A DNA stretch of 64,000 nucleotides from Verrucomicrobiales bacterium. Its GTDB lineage: Bacteria > Verrucomicrobiota > Verrucomicrobiia > Verrucomicrobiales > V1-33. Positions 15,358-25,409 of this stretch are shown here, piece by piece (the stretch's first letter is position 1; each line of letters opens with the position of its first letter). The notes below the pieces were generated by a model that worked only from the letters and a program-made list of their open reading frames with translations, did no database searches and had not been told where the DNA came from. The translations under genes were made by a program, and so were the position numbers. The stretch covers positions 36,675-100,674 of the forward strand of contig JANOAV010000192.1 of assembly GCA_031411295.1 (NCBI GenBank). Reading direction: 5' to 3'.

Positions 15358-17934
15358 ATGACATCCTCCACTCTTTGCCTAACTCTGTTACCACTACTCT
15401 GCGCCACCGCCTCAACCCTGCGGGCGGCCGATGATTTCCCTGCCAAGCCGCAGGTGCCATTTCTTTCCCCGGAAGAGGAACTCAAAACCATTGAGCTGCC
15501 GGACGGCTACAAGCTGGAGTTAGTCCTCAGTGAGCCCATCATCAAGGAGCCCGTGGCAGCTGTGTTCGATGGCAATGGCCGCATGTATGTCTCGGAATTT
15601 CTCAGTTACATGCAGGACATCGACGGCAATCATGAACTGGAACCCGTGAGCCGCATCTCCCGCCACGAAAGCACCAAGGGCGATGGCGTGTTCGATAAAC
15701 ACAGCATTTACTTGGATAAACAATTGCTCCCCCGGCTCGTCATGCCGTTGGATGATCGCGTCGTCGTCGGACTCACCAACACCAGCGATCTCATCACCTA
15801 TCGCGATACCAATGGCGATGGTGTGGCCGACCAATCCGTGCCGTTTTATACCGCTGGAGCACGTGGCGGCAACTTGGAGCATCAGCCCAGCGGACTGGTC
15901 TGGGGCTTGGATAACTGGATCTACACCACGTATAATTCTTATCGCCTGCGCTACAACCCTAACGGGCTCGCCACGCAGGAACCCACCGCGCCTAACGGCG
16001 GTCAGTGGGGCTTGGCGCAGGATGACCATGGGAAAATGTGGTGGTCCAATGCCGGGGGCGAAAAGGGCCTGTGGAACTACCAAGTCCCCATCGTTTATGG
16101 TGCCATCAACGTGCCCTCACAGAAACCAGACGACTTCGATACCGTATGGCCACTCGTTGGCGTTTCCGATTTCCAAGGCGGCCCTGGCAAGGCGCGGCCA
16201 GAAGACGGCACCCTGAACCACTTCACCGGCTGCGCTGGGCAGACCGTCTTTCGCGGAGACCGACTCCCCGCAGAGTTGCGGGGCAACGTCTTCCTGCCTG
16301 AGCCCGTCGGCCGCTTGATCCGCCGCACCGTGGTGGAAATGAAGGATGGGGTGACCACCGTGAGCAATCCCCATGGCCACAGCGAATTCCTCCGTTCGCG
16401 CGATCTCAATTTCCGGCCGCTGAATATGACCACCGGACCCGACGGCTGTTTATATATCGTCGATATGTATCGTGGCATCATCCAGGAAGGGAATTGGGTT
16501 CGGGAAGGCAGCTACCTGCGCAAAGTGGTGAAGCAGTATGGCTTCCAGAACAACGTTGGCCGCGGACGCATCTGGCGCTTGGTGCATAAGGATTTCAAAC
16601 CCGGACCCCAGCCCCACATGCTGGACGAAACGCCTGCGCAACTTGTGGCGCATCTCACGCACCCTAACGGTTGGTGGCGCGATACCGCGCAACGGATGCT
16701 GGTCGTCAAAGGGGACAAATCCGTCGTCCCTGCGCTGCAAACGTTGTTTACCAACTGCCCGAACTACCTCGGCAAAATCCACGCCCTGTGGACCCTGGAA
16801 GGCCTGGGTGCGCTCACCCCAGAACTCGTGCGCTCGGGACTCAAGGACACGCACCCCCAAGTCCGCGTGCAGACCATCCGCGCAGCAGAAACATTGCTCA
16901 AGGCCGGAGAGGCCAGTTTGACAGCAGATATTGCCGCCTTGCAAATGGACGCTTCACCTGACGTTGTCCTGCAAGTCGTGATGACTGGTAATGTGCTGAA
17001 ATTTCCCGACTGGAAAACCACCGCCGCCAGCATCGTCCTCACCAGTGCCTCCAAAGGCGTGCAGGAAATTGGCAAGCAACTCCTGACGGAAGACGCCAAG
17101 ATCGCAGGCAACTTCAGCCCGCAGGAACGCAAGCAGTTGCTGCACGGTCAGCAGATCTTCCGTGAGCTGTGCTTCGCCTGTCATGGCCCCGACGGCAAAG
17201 GCACTCCGCTGCCGGGCGTGGCGGACAAAACCCTCGCCCCGCCGCTCTCTGGTTCCCAGACCGTCCAGCAAGGGGACGCCATCATTCGCGTCATCCTTCA
17301 TGGCTTGGCCGGACCCGTCAATGGGAGGACCTACGAAGCCCAGATGGTCGCGTTAGGAAATAGTGACGATGCCTGGATCGCAGACGTCGCCAGTTACGTG
17401 CGCAACTCTTTCGGCAATGCCGCCCCCATCATCGATAAAAAAGACGTCACCAAACTCCGCAAATCCCTCAAGGATCGCACCACCCCCTGGACCATTGCGG
17501 AGTTGCAAGATTACCTCCCACGCAAAGTTGAGGCCCGCTCCCAATGGAAACTCACCGCCAGCCGCAGCCCCGACAAAGCAGGCCTCTCCACCGATGACAA
17601 AGCCCAGACCCGGTGGGATACCGGCCAGGCGCAAGAGCCCGGTCAGTGGTTCCAAGTGGAGCTCCCCCAGGAAACTTCGTTCAACGGGATTGAGTTGGAC
17701 AGCAACGGCTCCGCTAACGATTACCCCCGAGGCTACAAAGTGGAACTCAGCGCAGATGGTCAAACTTGGAGCAAGCCGGTCGCGGAAGGCACCGGGACCC
17801 GCGGCACTACCACCATTTCCCTAACCACACCTGCCAAAGCGAAATTCATCCGCATCACCCAGACCGGTAAACAACCCGGCACCTTCTGGAGCATCCACGA
17901 GCTGAACCTCCTCCAGCCCCCCGTGAAATCCTAA
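15358..17934 (+). CDS. PVC-type membrane-bound dehydrogenase-like propeller protein with HEAT repeats, c-type heme and discoidin (F5/8C) domain
   Basis: Signal peptide; LSPEEELKTIELPDGYKLELVLSEP; GPDGCLYIVDMYRGII; HALWTLEGLG; CFACH heme motif; C-terminal RWDTG..Q.PGQWFQVEL...WSIHEL. Confidence 0.88.
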   Translation: MTSSTLCLTLLPLLCATASTLRAADDFPAKPQVPFLSPEEELKTIELPDGYKLELVLSEPIIKEPVAAVFDGNGRMYVSEFLSYMQDIDGNHELEPVSRISRHESTKGDGVFDKHSIYLDKQLLPRLVMPLDDRVVVGLTNTSDLITYRDTNGDGVADQSVPFYTAGARGGNLEHQPSGLVWGLDNWIYTTYNSYRLRYNPNGLATQEPTAPNGGQWGLAQDDHGKMWWSNAGGEKGLWNYQVPIVYGAINVPSQKPDDFDTVWPLVGVSDFQGGPGKARPEDGTLNHFTGCAGQTVFRGDRLPAELRGNVFLPEPVGRLIRRTVVEMKDGVTTVSNPHGHSEFLRSRDLNFRPLNMTTGPDGCLYIVDMYRGIIQEGNWVREGSYLRKVVKQYGFQNNVGRGRIWRLVHKDFKPGPQPHMLDETPAQLVAHLTHPNGWWRDTAQRMLVVKGDKSVVPALQTLFTNCPNYLGKIHALWTLEGLGALTPELVRSGLKDTHPQVRVQTIRAAETLLKAGEASLTADIAALQMDASPDVVLQVVMTGNVLKFPDWKTTAASIVLTSASKGVQEIGKQLLTEDAKIAGNFSPQERKQLLHGQQIFRELCFACHGPDGKGTPLPGVADKTLAPPLSGSQTVQQGDAIIRVILHGLAGPVNGRTYEAQMVALGNSDDAWIADVASYVRNSFGNAAPIIDKKDVTKLRKSLKDRTTPWTIAELQDYLPRKVEARSQWKLTASRSPDKAGLSTDDKAQTRWDTGQAQEPGQWFQVELPQETSFNGIELDSNGSANDYPRGYKVELSADGQTWSKPVAEGTGTRGTTTISLTTPAKAKFIRITQTGKQPGTFWSIHELNLLQPPVKS

Positions 17935-17942
17935 GCCCGAGC

Positions 17943-18007
17943 GTGGAGCAGTCGGCTGGACTGTTCAATCCATCATGCATGCAGCAGTCCAGCGGACTGC
18001 TGTCCAC
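17943..18007. repeat. REP-like palindromic element, copy 1
   Basis: GTGGAGCAGTCGGCTGGACTG...CAGTCCAGCGGACTGCTGTCCAC imperfect inverted repeat; near-identical copy at 24651-24713. Confidence 0.75.
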
Positions 18008-18085
18008 CAAGCGGATGCGAGTCTTCTTCTGGGAATAAGCGGCATTCAGAATATTTCAGACTGCCCGCCGTTTGCTGGCGTTTGC

Positions 18086-18358
18086 TCGGCATCTACAGAC
18101 GCGAGGTCGGCATCTGCAGCCGAGAGGACGGCATCTGTAGACGAGAGGACGGCATCTGTAGACGAGAGGACGGCATCTGTAGACGAGAGGACGGCATCTG
18201 TAGACGAGAGGTCGGCATCTGTAGACGAGAGGTCGGCTTCTGCAGACGAGAGGTCGGCATCTGCAGACGCGAGGTCGGCATCTGCAGACGCGAGGTCGGC
18301 ATCTGCAGACGCGAGGTCGGCGTCTGCTGACGACAGCTCGGCATCTGCAGACGCAGGA
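18086..18358. repeat. Tandem minisatellite, 13 x 21 bp
   Basis: Unit (T/A)CGGCATCTG(C/T)AGACG(A/C)GAGG repeated head-to-tail without spacers. Confidence 0.95.
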
Positions 18359-18912
18359 TCGTCGTCGGGTGTTCAAAGCCGATTGTCGGGTGACTATTTC
18401 CTTCCGTCGTGTGACGTAGCTGCTCTGTTACCCGCCATAGGCTTGTCGTCACTTTGCGTAAACCTTTCAATATCAGCGGGTTATGCCGAAAATCGGCGGC
18501 TTTGCAATTTTCATGCAGGGTTATAGGATGGCTGTGCCGCTAATTTTGTGGGGGATCGCCCCACTCAGGGCGCACTGCTCATCCGATAAAAAAAGTCTAG
18601 CCAAGAGCGGAAACAAATGCTAAAACCAACCCGCCGCTCAACCTGCGGCCAGTTAATTAATTATGAAGTAACACGAACGCTTTCACATCACCCTTTGCGA
18701 CCACAAAGGGCTTTCGGGCCAGACTACAAAATCCGCCAGATTCAAACAGTGCCCTCATCGAAGAAACAAAGCTCGTCGCGCCGATTGGCGCGGCTTGGCC
18801 GCGTTTCTTCGATGAGGCGCCTGGCGGTGCCTGTAGTCTGGGGCGCGAGATCAAGTCCGCGCCCTTTGCTTGATGGACCACATTTGCACCTAACATATAC
18901 AGAAATCCCGTC

Positions 18913-21900
18913 ATGAAAAAAATTCTCCGGCTAACGCTGCTCGTTTGCACACTCTTCCCTATTGGCGCCGAAGCGCAGGTTTCGGCCACCGAAATACTCT
19001 GGGGAGTGCCCCAACCTTATTTTCGCGGGGTAGCAGAGTTCATGGGTGAACCTGGAAAATATTATGAACTGGAGCGGACCACTGACCTCCTTCATTGGTC
19101 ACCTTTACCGCAGATTTTTCGAGGGAACGGCCAGCCAATTCGCCAGGTCTTACACCCTGATTTTTACCCGGATGTAGCTAGTTGGGTGACTCCCTCGACG
19201 CCGCAGATAGTTCCAGCCGATGTGCTACAACCACTGCTGCCAGTGGGTCTCAACAGCACTGCGCAAAGCATTGAGACCATTCTTCAGGTCAAGTCTGTGG
19301 ACCGAAATCACACCTCATTTCGGCAGTTAGATATGGCCCTAAGCGTGCAATTGCGGAATCGAGGCACACAGCCGCTGTCCAAGGTGCAATTAAATTTACC
19401 CCTCCAACTTGCCTTCTCCCATCTGGTCGCGGGAGCATCGCCCCCGGCGGTCGTTGAGCTACTGCCTGCGCCCACCGTAATCGAGGGGAGTGTTAATCTA
19501 AATAGCGCATTTGGATTTTCCGACACTCGTTTACTGGCTGGAACTGATACTTTGAATCCTGGCACTACTTGCGCGATCCAGGTGACCTTAAGATTCACCT
19601 TTGCAGCGGGCTGGGCCTTTCCGCGCACCCCACGCTATCTTTTTGCCGTGGCTTCTGCTGGGGCCTCGGCAAGCACCAATCCCGGAGTAGGAATCCAATT
19701 GTCCGGCACCACTTTACAAACCGTTACCTTAACTCCGCAGCCTGGCGCGGCCACTTATGAGTGTTCTGGGGATCTCTACACGTGGTTGCCCCTCGGAACA
19801 CCTAATCTGAGAAGATCCACTTCCATCTATTTCTACAACCGTAGTGAGGTTTTCTCCCGTTGGTATAATGTGACTAGTTTCGCCGACGGTGGGGCCTTGG
19901 TAGCTTGGTGGTCCCCGGTTGAGGAAGCACAAGTGGCACAGTATTTCCCCCCTGGTTATTGGAACTCAATCGATCTCCGGAAACCGACAAATCTCGCGGA
20001 ATATTATTCTGGCTATACAGAAATTTACCGCACGTATCCATGCCCAAGTCCTGGAGTGACACCCGTGCCCGATCTTCCGACATTCGGATGTCCCACCAAT
20101 ATCGAGATCACCGTAGGGGCACACCCTTCCCGCCACGCTGCCGCGAGCACTGCGGTGGCGGCAGCGACCCCGCCGCAGAGCGAGTTCTTGGCGATGAATC
20201 TTTTTACGAGCCAATTGGCAACCATTAAAGCACAAATCATTGCCCAGTCCCTGGCCAACCCTCCTGCGCATCAAATAACGCCAAACCCGCAGGACCCTAA
20301 TCTGCTGGCGCTCAGTGACCGTGATTTAACCAAGAAAACCAACGAATTTTTCAGACTTCGTCGTTGTGATCTGGACTCCAATTTCAATGGCACATATGAT
20401 TCTGCTGAAACCAATGACGACTGGTGGCTAGATCTGGATGACGACGACGACGGTATCCCCAACGGCTATGACACCTTACCCGGTCCCGGCAACGCCGTAG
20501 GCACTTCCATCCTCATCAATGAAGTCTGCGCGGATAATGGCGGGAATCTGAAGACCGCTCCACATCCCATCACGGGTGATATTTCCAGCCCGGATTGGGT
20601 GGAGCTATATAACCCCACGTCGGGACTTGTTGATCTCAGTGGTTGGCAGTTGCGGGATACCTCGAATAAATATTATACCTTCGGCGCTGCTGCCACCATT
20701 CCCGCGAAGGGCTTCTTGATCGTGTTCTGCATGGGAGATAATGACGCGGTGGACGTGGGCAGTGAGCATCGGGCACGCTTCGCTATTAGCTCTGGAGCCG
20801 ATGGCGAAGCCGTCACGCTTTTTAATGCGGTGGGGGCTTTGGTGGATGGAACCCCTACACCCGGACCGCAATATCGAGACGTGACCTACGGCAGATTCCT
20901 CAATCCGCGGCACGCGGCCGGAGTCAGCCCGCTGACTTGGGGCTACCTGAGCAAACCCACGCCCATGGCCCACAACAGCTCTGGCTACACTGGGCAAGCC
21001 GCAGATCCTGATATGAAAATGAGGGACGTAGATACGGATGCCGAGGTCTTTCCCGGGGTCTACAGTCGCTCCGAGCACCGAGCCCTTAAATTGGTGCTCA
21101 CTGGCGGTGGGCAGAACACCAGCCTGCATTACACGACCAATTGTGCTGATCCCACCGGTTGGTCACCGATTTACGACCCCGCTAATCCACCCACTTTTGA
21201 CCGCACCGTCATTATTAAGGCAGCAGCAGTGGGCCGGGATATGCTGCCGTCGAAAATTGTGGTGCAGACCTACATCTTTAAAGAAAGCGTCGTGGGTCCG
21301 GCTGTGGGTGATCCACTCTTATTACCGGGAAGTCCTCCGATTACGGTGCAGACGAAGCCCGCCTACTACCCGGAATTCAGCACTCAGGAATACGACCATG
21401 GATCAACGTATAATGGGGTGCCGATCCCTTACGGCGTAAGCGCCACGGTGGCGGCGCAAAACCGCGCGGCCATCATGGCCCAGCTGAGTGCCTTACCCTC
21501 TCTTTCCGTGGTCATCCCGGTGGCGGACTTCTTGGACCGGGACAGTGCTGGAATCTACGCTTGTTCCTACAACACCAGCAACCCCGCCATCGATCCCCGG
21601 TGCACGGGCTGGGAGCGGGTCACCAGTTTCGAATGGCTCCATCCGGAAAATGGGCTTCCGGTTGGTGCCTCCAGGGCGAATGTCCACTGCTCAATTACGA
21701 TGTCGGGCAATACAAATTTGGACTGGTGGCGGACGGAGAAGCATTCGCTAACGCTGAGCTTCAAGAGGGAATTGGGGGCCTCGAAATACGATCCTAAATT
21801 TAAGCCGTTTCCACAGGAATTAGAGGTCAAGCCTAAATATGACAATTTGATCCTGCGCAATCCGACCTTCGATTGCTGGCCTGTAACCACAGGTCTCCCT

Positions 21901-23157
21901 TCAGACACGATTCCCGCGCAAGCGACCTATGCTAAAGATGTGTATGCCCGCAATACCCTGACGGCGCTTGGGTCTCCGCAACTGTATCATCGCTGGGTCC
22001 ACCTCTACGTGAATGGGTTATATTGGGGAGCCTATATGCTTACGGAGCGCGCCGACCAAGACACTTGCCAGCGGCGCTTCGGAGCTGGTGATTATTACGT
22101 CTGGAAAGATGCCAAGGGAGAGCAGGTGGGGGACAATCTGCCAGCCCAAGACACTGCTGCGGTGGTCTGGGCAAAACTAATGACGGACGGGGCCGCCGTG
22201 CGACTCAAATCCACCTCCGTGACACCCCAAGATGCCGCCTCGGAACTGGCCGTTGTTGAGAATGAAGCGGACTTGAATAGCTTCGTGGATTACGCGGTCT
22301 TCCATGCCTTTCTCGGCAATTTTGATGCCATGACCAACAATGGCCGCGTCTATAAAAAGATGCCCTCTGGAAAATTTACCTGGTGGGCGTATGACATTGA
22401 AGTCGGCGCTGCTCCCAATTTTTTGACCCGTAATTGCTTCACTTCCTACTGGTGGGCGGAGTCCACCGCACCTAAAGGACCGCTCAATTCCGAAGCCCGA
22501 TTGCTTTATGATCTGACGCGGTATCCCAAATTTGCCCAACGTTTTGGGGACCGCGCTTGGCAACTTTGCTTGATGCCGTCGAACCTGCAAACACGGTTGT
22601 CCGACGGTGCGCTGACGGGAGACACCTCTGCCGGAAAGGCCCAGACCCGCTTTGCCGCTGCGGCGGCGGATTTTGACGCAATCCGCCTTAGTGAGGCATT
22701 GCGGTGGGGGGCCGGTTATCGTGGAGGTTCCGCTTCCAGTCCGCTGACCACCACAGGAACCCCCTACGTCATTGGGATGGACACTCCACTGACCTACCCA
22801 GGGGGATTTCTGGCAGCCCGCCGCACGTATTTCCAGAGCCAGCTCCAATCACTCGGGCTTCTCTCCACGGTGCCGCTGCCAACGTTGACCGCTGGCAGCG
22901 CACCAAATACTTGGATCCTCGCTGCGCCTACTCTGGCGGGCAGCCAGACTTATTACAATGCTGATGGTATCCCGGCTGATCCAGATGGACCGGGCCTTAG
23001 CACCACTGGAACTTTAGTGGTGGCCGGGACACCCAGGACGCTCACGGCTCCGTTTCATCTTACTGCCCGAGTTCGTTCGTCTGTGCCTGCCGGCACGACC
23101 GACGACACCCCGCTTTGGTCCAACCTATTTGACATTGAACTCCCACTCCATCCATGA
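18913..23157 (+). CDS. Large secreted protein with lamin-tail domain, chitobiase/FN3-associated domain and CotH-like kinase domain
   Basis: Signal peptide; ILINEVCADN..DWVELYNP (LTD); HYTTNCADP; HLYVNGLYWGAYMLTER, GNFD..TNN, WWAYDIE (CotH-like). Confidence 0.8.
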   Translation: MKKILRLTLLVCTLFPIGAEAQVSATEILWGVPQPYFRGVAEFMGEPGKYYELERTTDLLHWSPLPQIFRGNGQPIRQVLHPDFYPDVASWVTPSTPQIVPADVLQPLLPVGLNSTAQSIETILQVKSVDRNHTSFRQLDMALSVQLRNRGTQPLSKVQLNLPLQLAFSHLVAGASPPAVVELLPAPTVIEGSVNLNSAFGFSDTRLLAGTDTLNPGTTCAIQVTLRFTFAAGWAFPRTPRYLFAVASAGASASTNPGVGIQLSGTTLQTVTLTPQPGAATYECSGDLYTWLPLGTPNLRRSTSIYFYNRSEVFSRWYNVTSFADGGALVAWWSPVEEAQVAQYFPPGYWNSIDLRKPTNLAEYYSGYTEIYRTYPCPSPGVTPVPDLPTFGCPTNIEITVGAHPSRHAAASTAVAAATPPQSEFLAMNLFTSQLATIKAQIIAQSLANPPAHQITPNPQDPNLLALSDRDLTKKTNEFFRLRRCDLDSNFNGTYDSAETNDDWWLDLDDDDDGIPNGYDTLPGPGNAVGTSILINEVCADNGGNLKTAPHPITGDISSPDWVELYNPTSGLVDLSGWQLRDTSNKYYTFGAAATIPAKGFLIVFCMGDNDAVDVGSEHRARFAISSGADGEAVTLFNAVGALVDGTPTPGPQYRDVTYGRFLNPRHAAGVSPLTWGYLSKPTPMAHNSSGYTGQAADPDMKMRDVDTDAEVFPGVYSRSEHRALKLVLTGGGQNTSLHYTTNCADPTGWSPIYDPANPPTFDRTVIIKAAAVGRDMLPSKIVVQTYIFKESVVGPAVGDPLLLPGSPPITVQTKPAYYPEFSTQEYDHGSTYNGVPIPYGVSATVAAQNRAAIMAQLSALPSLSVVIPVADFLDRDSAGIYACSYNTSNPAIDPRCTGWERVTSFEWLHPENGLPVGASRANVHCSITMSGNTNLDWWRTEKHSLTLSFKRELGASKYDPKFKPFPQELEVKPKYDNLILRNPTFDCWPVTTGLPSDTIPAQATYAKDVYARNTLTALGSPQLYHRWVHLYVNGLYWGAYMLTERADQDTCQRRFGAGDYYVWKDAKGEQVGDNLPAQDTAAVVWAKLMTDGAAVRLKSTSVTPQDAASELAVVENEADLNSFVDYAVFHAFLGNFDAMTNNGRVYKKMPSGKFTWWAYDIEVGAAPNFLTRNCFTSYWWAESTAPKGPLNSEARLLYDLTRYPKFAQRFGDRAWQLCLMPSNLQTRLSDGALTGDTSAGKAQTRFAAAAADFDAIRLSEALRWGAGYRGGSASSPLTTTGTPYVIGMDTPLTYPGGFLAARRTYFQSQLQSLGLLSTVPLPTLTAGSAPNTWILAAPTLAGSQTYYNADGIPADPDGPGLSTTGTLVVAGTPRTLTAPFHLTARVRSSVPAGTTDDTPLWSNLFDIELPLHP

Positions 23158-23891
23158 AAATCTATCCCACCCTGCTCTGCCTTTCACTGTTGTTGGCCGC
23201 CAAGTTCCACCTCATCGGGGCCGTGGTAGCAACCTCAATAACTCCTTACCGCAGCCTCGCTGACAGCCCATGGTATGCAGCCGTGGCGGGCGGTGACAGC
23301 CTGATTTTCACAAGTCACAATTACCAAGGATGCGTGGATGCGGTAAATCAGGACACCCTGCCAGATGGGTATGGCCTCTACGAAGACTTCGAGGAGTGCT
23401 TCACGCCTTGGTTGCACAAAATCTATGTGCAGCAGGACGAAAATTTTTCCGTAGATGCAGACGACGGTGTATTAAATGGTGTCGGCTTGGGTCATAGTAT
23501 CAGTTCCAATGGCCAAAATGCTGCGGATACTGAGGGCTTCACACTGCAATTTTCACCCACAACAGATAATAAATACCCTCAATGGTTCGGTTTTGCCCAG
23601 CTTACGAATTACGAGAAGATCGCAGGATTTGATGTGCTGGGGGTCGGAGGAGGGCTTATTGCACACGTTACCCTAACCGAACTGACGGCAGCCGTGGGCC
23701 AGACACCTTACGTGGCCAAATTCCAGGGATTTATTGTGGGTCAGGAGATTGGTTCTATCCTCTTTCATAACGCCGTAAACATCGATCACTTTCAATATGG
23801 TTACGGAGCCGGGCCAGTTCCCGAGCCTAGTTCATTTAACCTGCTGGGGCCTGCTTTGATGGTTTTATTCCGCCGCCGAAAAACACCATGA
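23154..23891 (+). CDS. PEP-CTERM sorting-domain protein
   Basis: Signal peptide; C-terminal VPEPSSFNLLGPALMVLFRRRK; ATGA overlap with upstream gene. Confidence 0.88.
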   Translation: MKIYPTLLCLSLLLAAKFHLIGAVVATSITPYRSLADSPWYAAVAGGDSLIFTSHNYQGCVDAVNQDTLPDGYGLYEDFEECFTPWLHKIYVQQDENFSVDADDGVLNGVGLGHSISSNGQNAADTEGFTLQFSPTTDNKYPQWFGFAQLTNYEKIAGFDVLGVGGGLIAHVTLTELTAAVGQTPYVAKFQGFIVGQEIGSILFHNAVNIDHFQYGYGAGPVPEPSSFNLLGPALMVLFRRRKTP

Positions 23892-24724
23892 AGTTAGGCG
23901 TTTGCAACCTAGTTATTCTTGCGGTTTGTCTCACCACTGCCCAGCTAAGTGCAGCCGTGGTGGTAACTTTAGTAACTCCTTACCGCAGCCTCGCTGATAG
24001 CCCATGGTCTGCAGCCGTGGCGGGCGGTGACAGCCTGATTTTCACAAGTCACAATTTCCAAGGATGCGTGGATGCGGTAAATCAGGATACCCTGCCAGAT
24101 GGTTACGGCCTCTACGAAGATTTTGAGGAGTGTTTTACGCCGTGGGTGACAAACTTAGCTTCGACCACGCCTTGGGAACGTTCTTCCAATGCGGGAGTCG
24201 ATGCAGATGACGGCGTAATTAACGGGATTACCGATGGCCATGGTATTAAGTCGACCCCTCCATTCGGTGCTTCCGGCGATGTCTTCACTATCACGTTCAC
24301 TCCGACCTTGGATGGGAAATTCCCCAAATGGTTCGGATTCGCTAGCGCGAACGCAAACAATACTTCGAGACTGGAAGTCATGGGAATTGGGGGCTCTGTG
24401 ATTGAAGCCGTTGACTTGACAGCGTTAGCCGCGAGTGTAGGCAATACCCCGTTTGTCGCTAAGTTTCAGGGCTTCATATTAAATCAGCCCATTACAGCAG
24501 TGCGTTTCTAGGACGGATTGACAATTGACCACTTTCAATACGGTTACGGAGCCGGTCCGGTGCCCGAGCCTTCGGCAATGGCCCTTATTGGCTTGGGTTT
24601 CATGGTTGCATTCCGCCGCCGAAAAGCACTAGTGGCCCATACCTTGAATTTGGAGCGGTCCGCTCGGCTGCTCAATCCATCATGCATCCAGCAGTCCAGC
24701 GGACTGCTGCCACTCTCGAGGTAA
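23888..24724 (+). pseudogene. PEP-CTERM paralog interrupted by in-frame TAG at 24509-24511
   Basis: Paralogous to 23154-23891; reads ...TAVRF*DGLTIDHFQYGYGAGPVPEPSAMALIGLGFMVAFRRRK in the same frame. Confidence 0.75.
24651..24713. repeat. REP-like palindromic element, copy 2
   Basis: 6 mismatches over the first 59 nt vs 17944-18002; same orientation. Confidence 0.75.
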
Positions 24725-24725
24725 A

Positions 24726-25409
24726 TTACTCGAAGCGATAGCCAATTCCGTGGATCGTGCGGATGATGACAGGATTGGCGGGGTCTTGTTCCACGCGTTT
24801 TCTGAGCTGCGAAATGTGTTGGTCCAGGGTTCTACTATTGGGATAGTATTCCATGCCCCAGCATTCATCGAAGAGATGTTCTCTGGTCACGGCTTTGCCT
24901 CGTTCCCGGAAGAGGAGCGCCAGGATCTTCAGGTCCCGCAAGCTCAAGTCCACAACCTGATCCCCGCGCCAGGCCCGCAACTCCTGGGGCACGATGCGCA
25001 CGTCGGCCATCGTGAAGTCCTCGTTGCCCTGTTGCTTGTTTGGAGCTTGGAAACAGCGTCGGGTGACGGCGCGCACGCGGGCCAGCAGGGCTTGCACGCC
25101 GAAGGGCTTCACGATGAAATCATCTGCTCCCAGTTCCAATCCCAGCACAGTGTCGATTTCCTCTGACTTGGCACTAATGAAGAGCACGGGCACGTGCGGA
25201 TTGAGTTTGCGGATTTCCCGACAGACGTCATAGCCGTTGCGCTTCGGCATCATGATGTCCAGGCAGACCGCATCCGGTTGTTGCTGGTGAAAGAGATTCA
25301 GCGCCTCGTCGCCATCGGCAGCAGCCACGGTGCGCCAGCCTTCGTTGGCAAATACTTCCACCAAACCACGGCGGGTGAGGGGATCGTCTTCAGCAATGAG
25401 GATAGTCAT
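24726..25409 (-). CDS. OmpR/PhoB-family response regulator
   Basis: ILIAEDD, CLDIMMP, LGADDFIVKPF, winged helix RTLDQHISQLRKRVE..IRTIHGIGY. Confidence 0.95.
   Translation of the reverse strand: MTILIAEDDPLTRRGLVEVFANEGWRTVAAADGDEALNLFHQQQPDAVCLDIMMPKRNGYDVCREIRKLNPHVPVLFISAKSEEIDTVLGLELGADDFIVKPFGVQALLARVRAVTRRCFQAPNKQQGNEDFTMADVRIVPQELRAWRGDQVVDLSLRDLKILALLFRERGKAVTREHLFDECWGMEYYPNSRTLDQHISQLRKRVEQDPANPVIIRTIHGIGYRFE

Noticed and set aside
18086..18358. CRISPR array
   Set aside because: Units are contiguous 21-mers with no unique spacers, and no cas genes were seen
17975..18526. ORFs across the minisatellite (SASVDER, CRREVGI, LQMPTSR, CRCRPLV frames)
   Set aside because: Frames are open because the unit is a multiple of 3; flanks are not protein-like and one ORF starts inside the REP-like element
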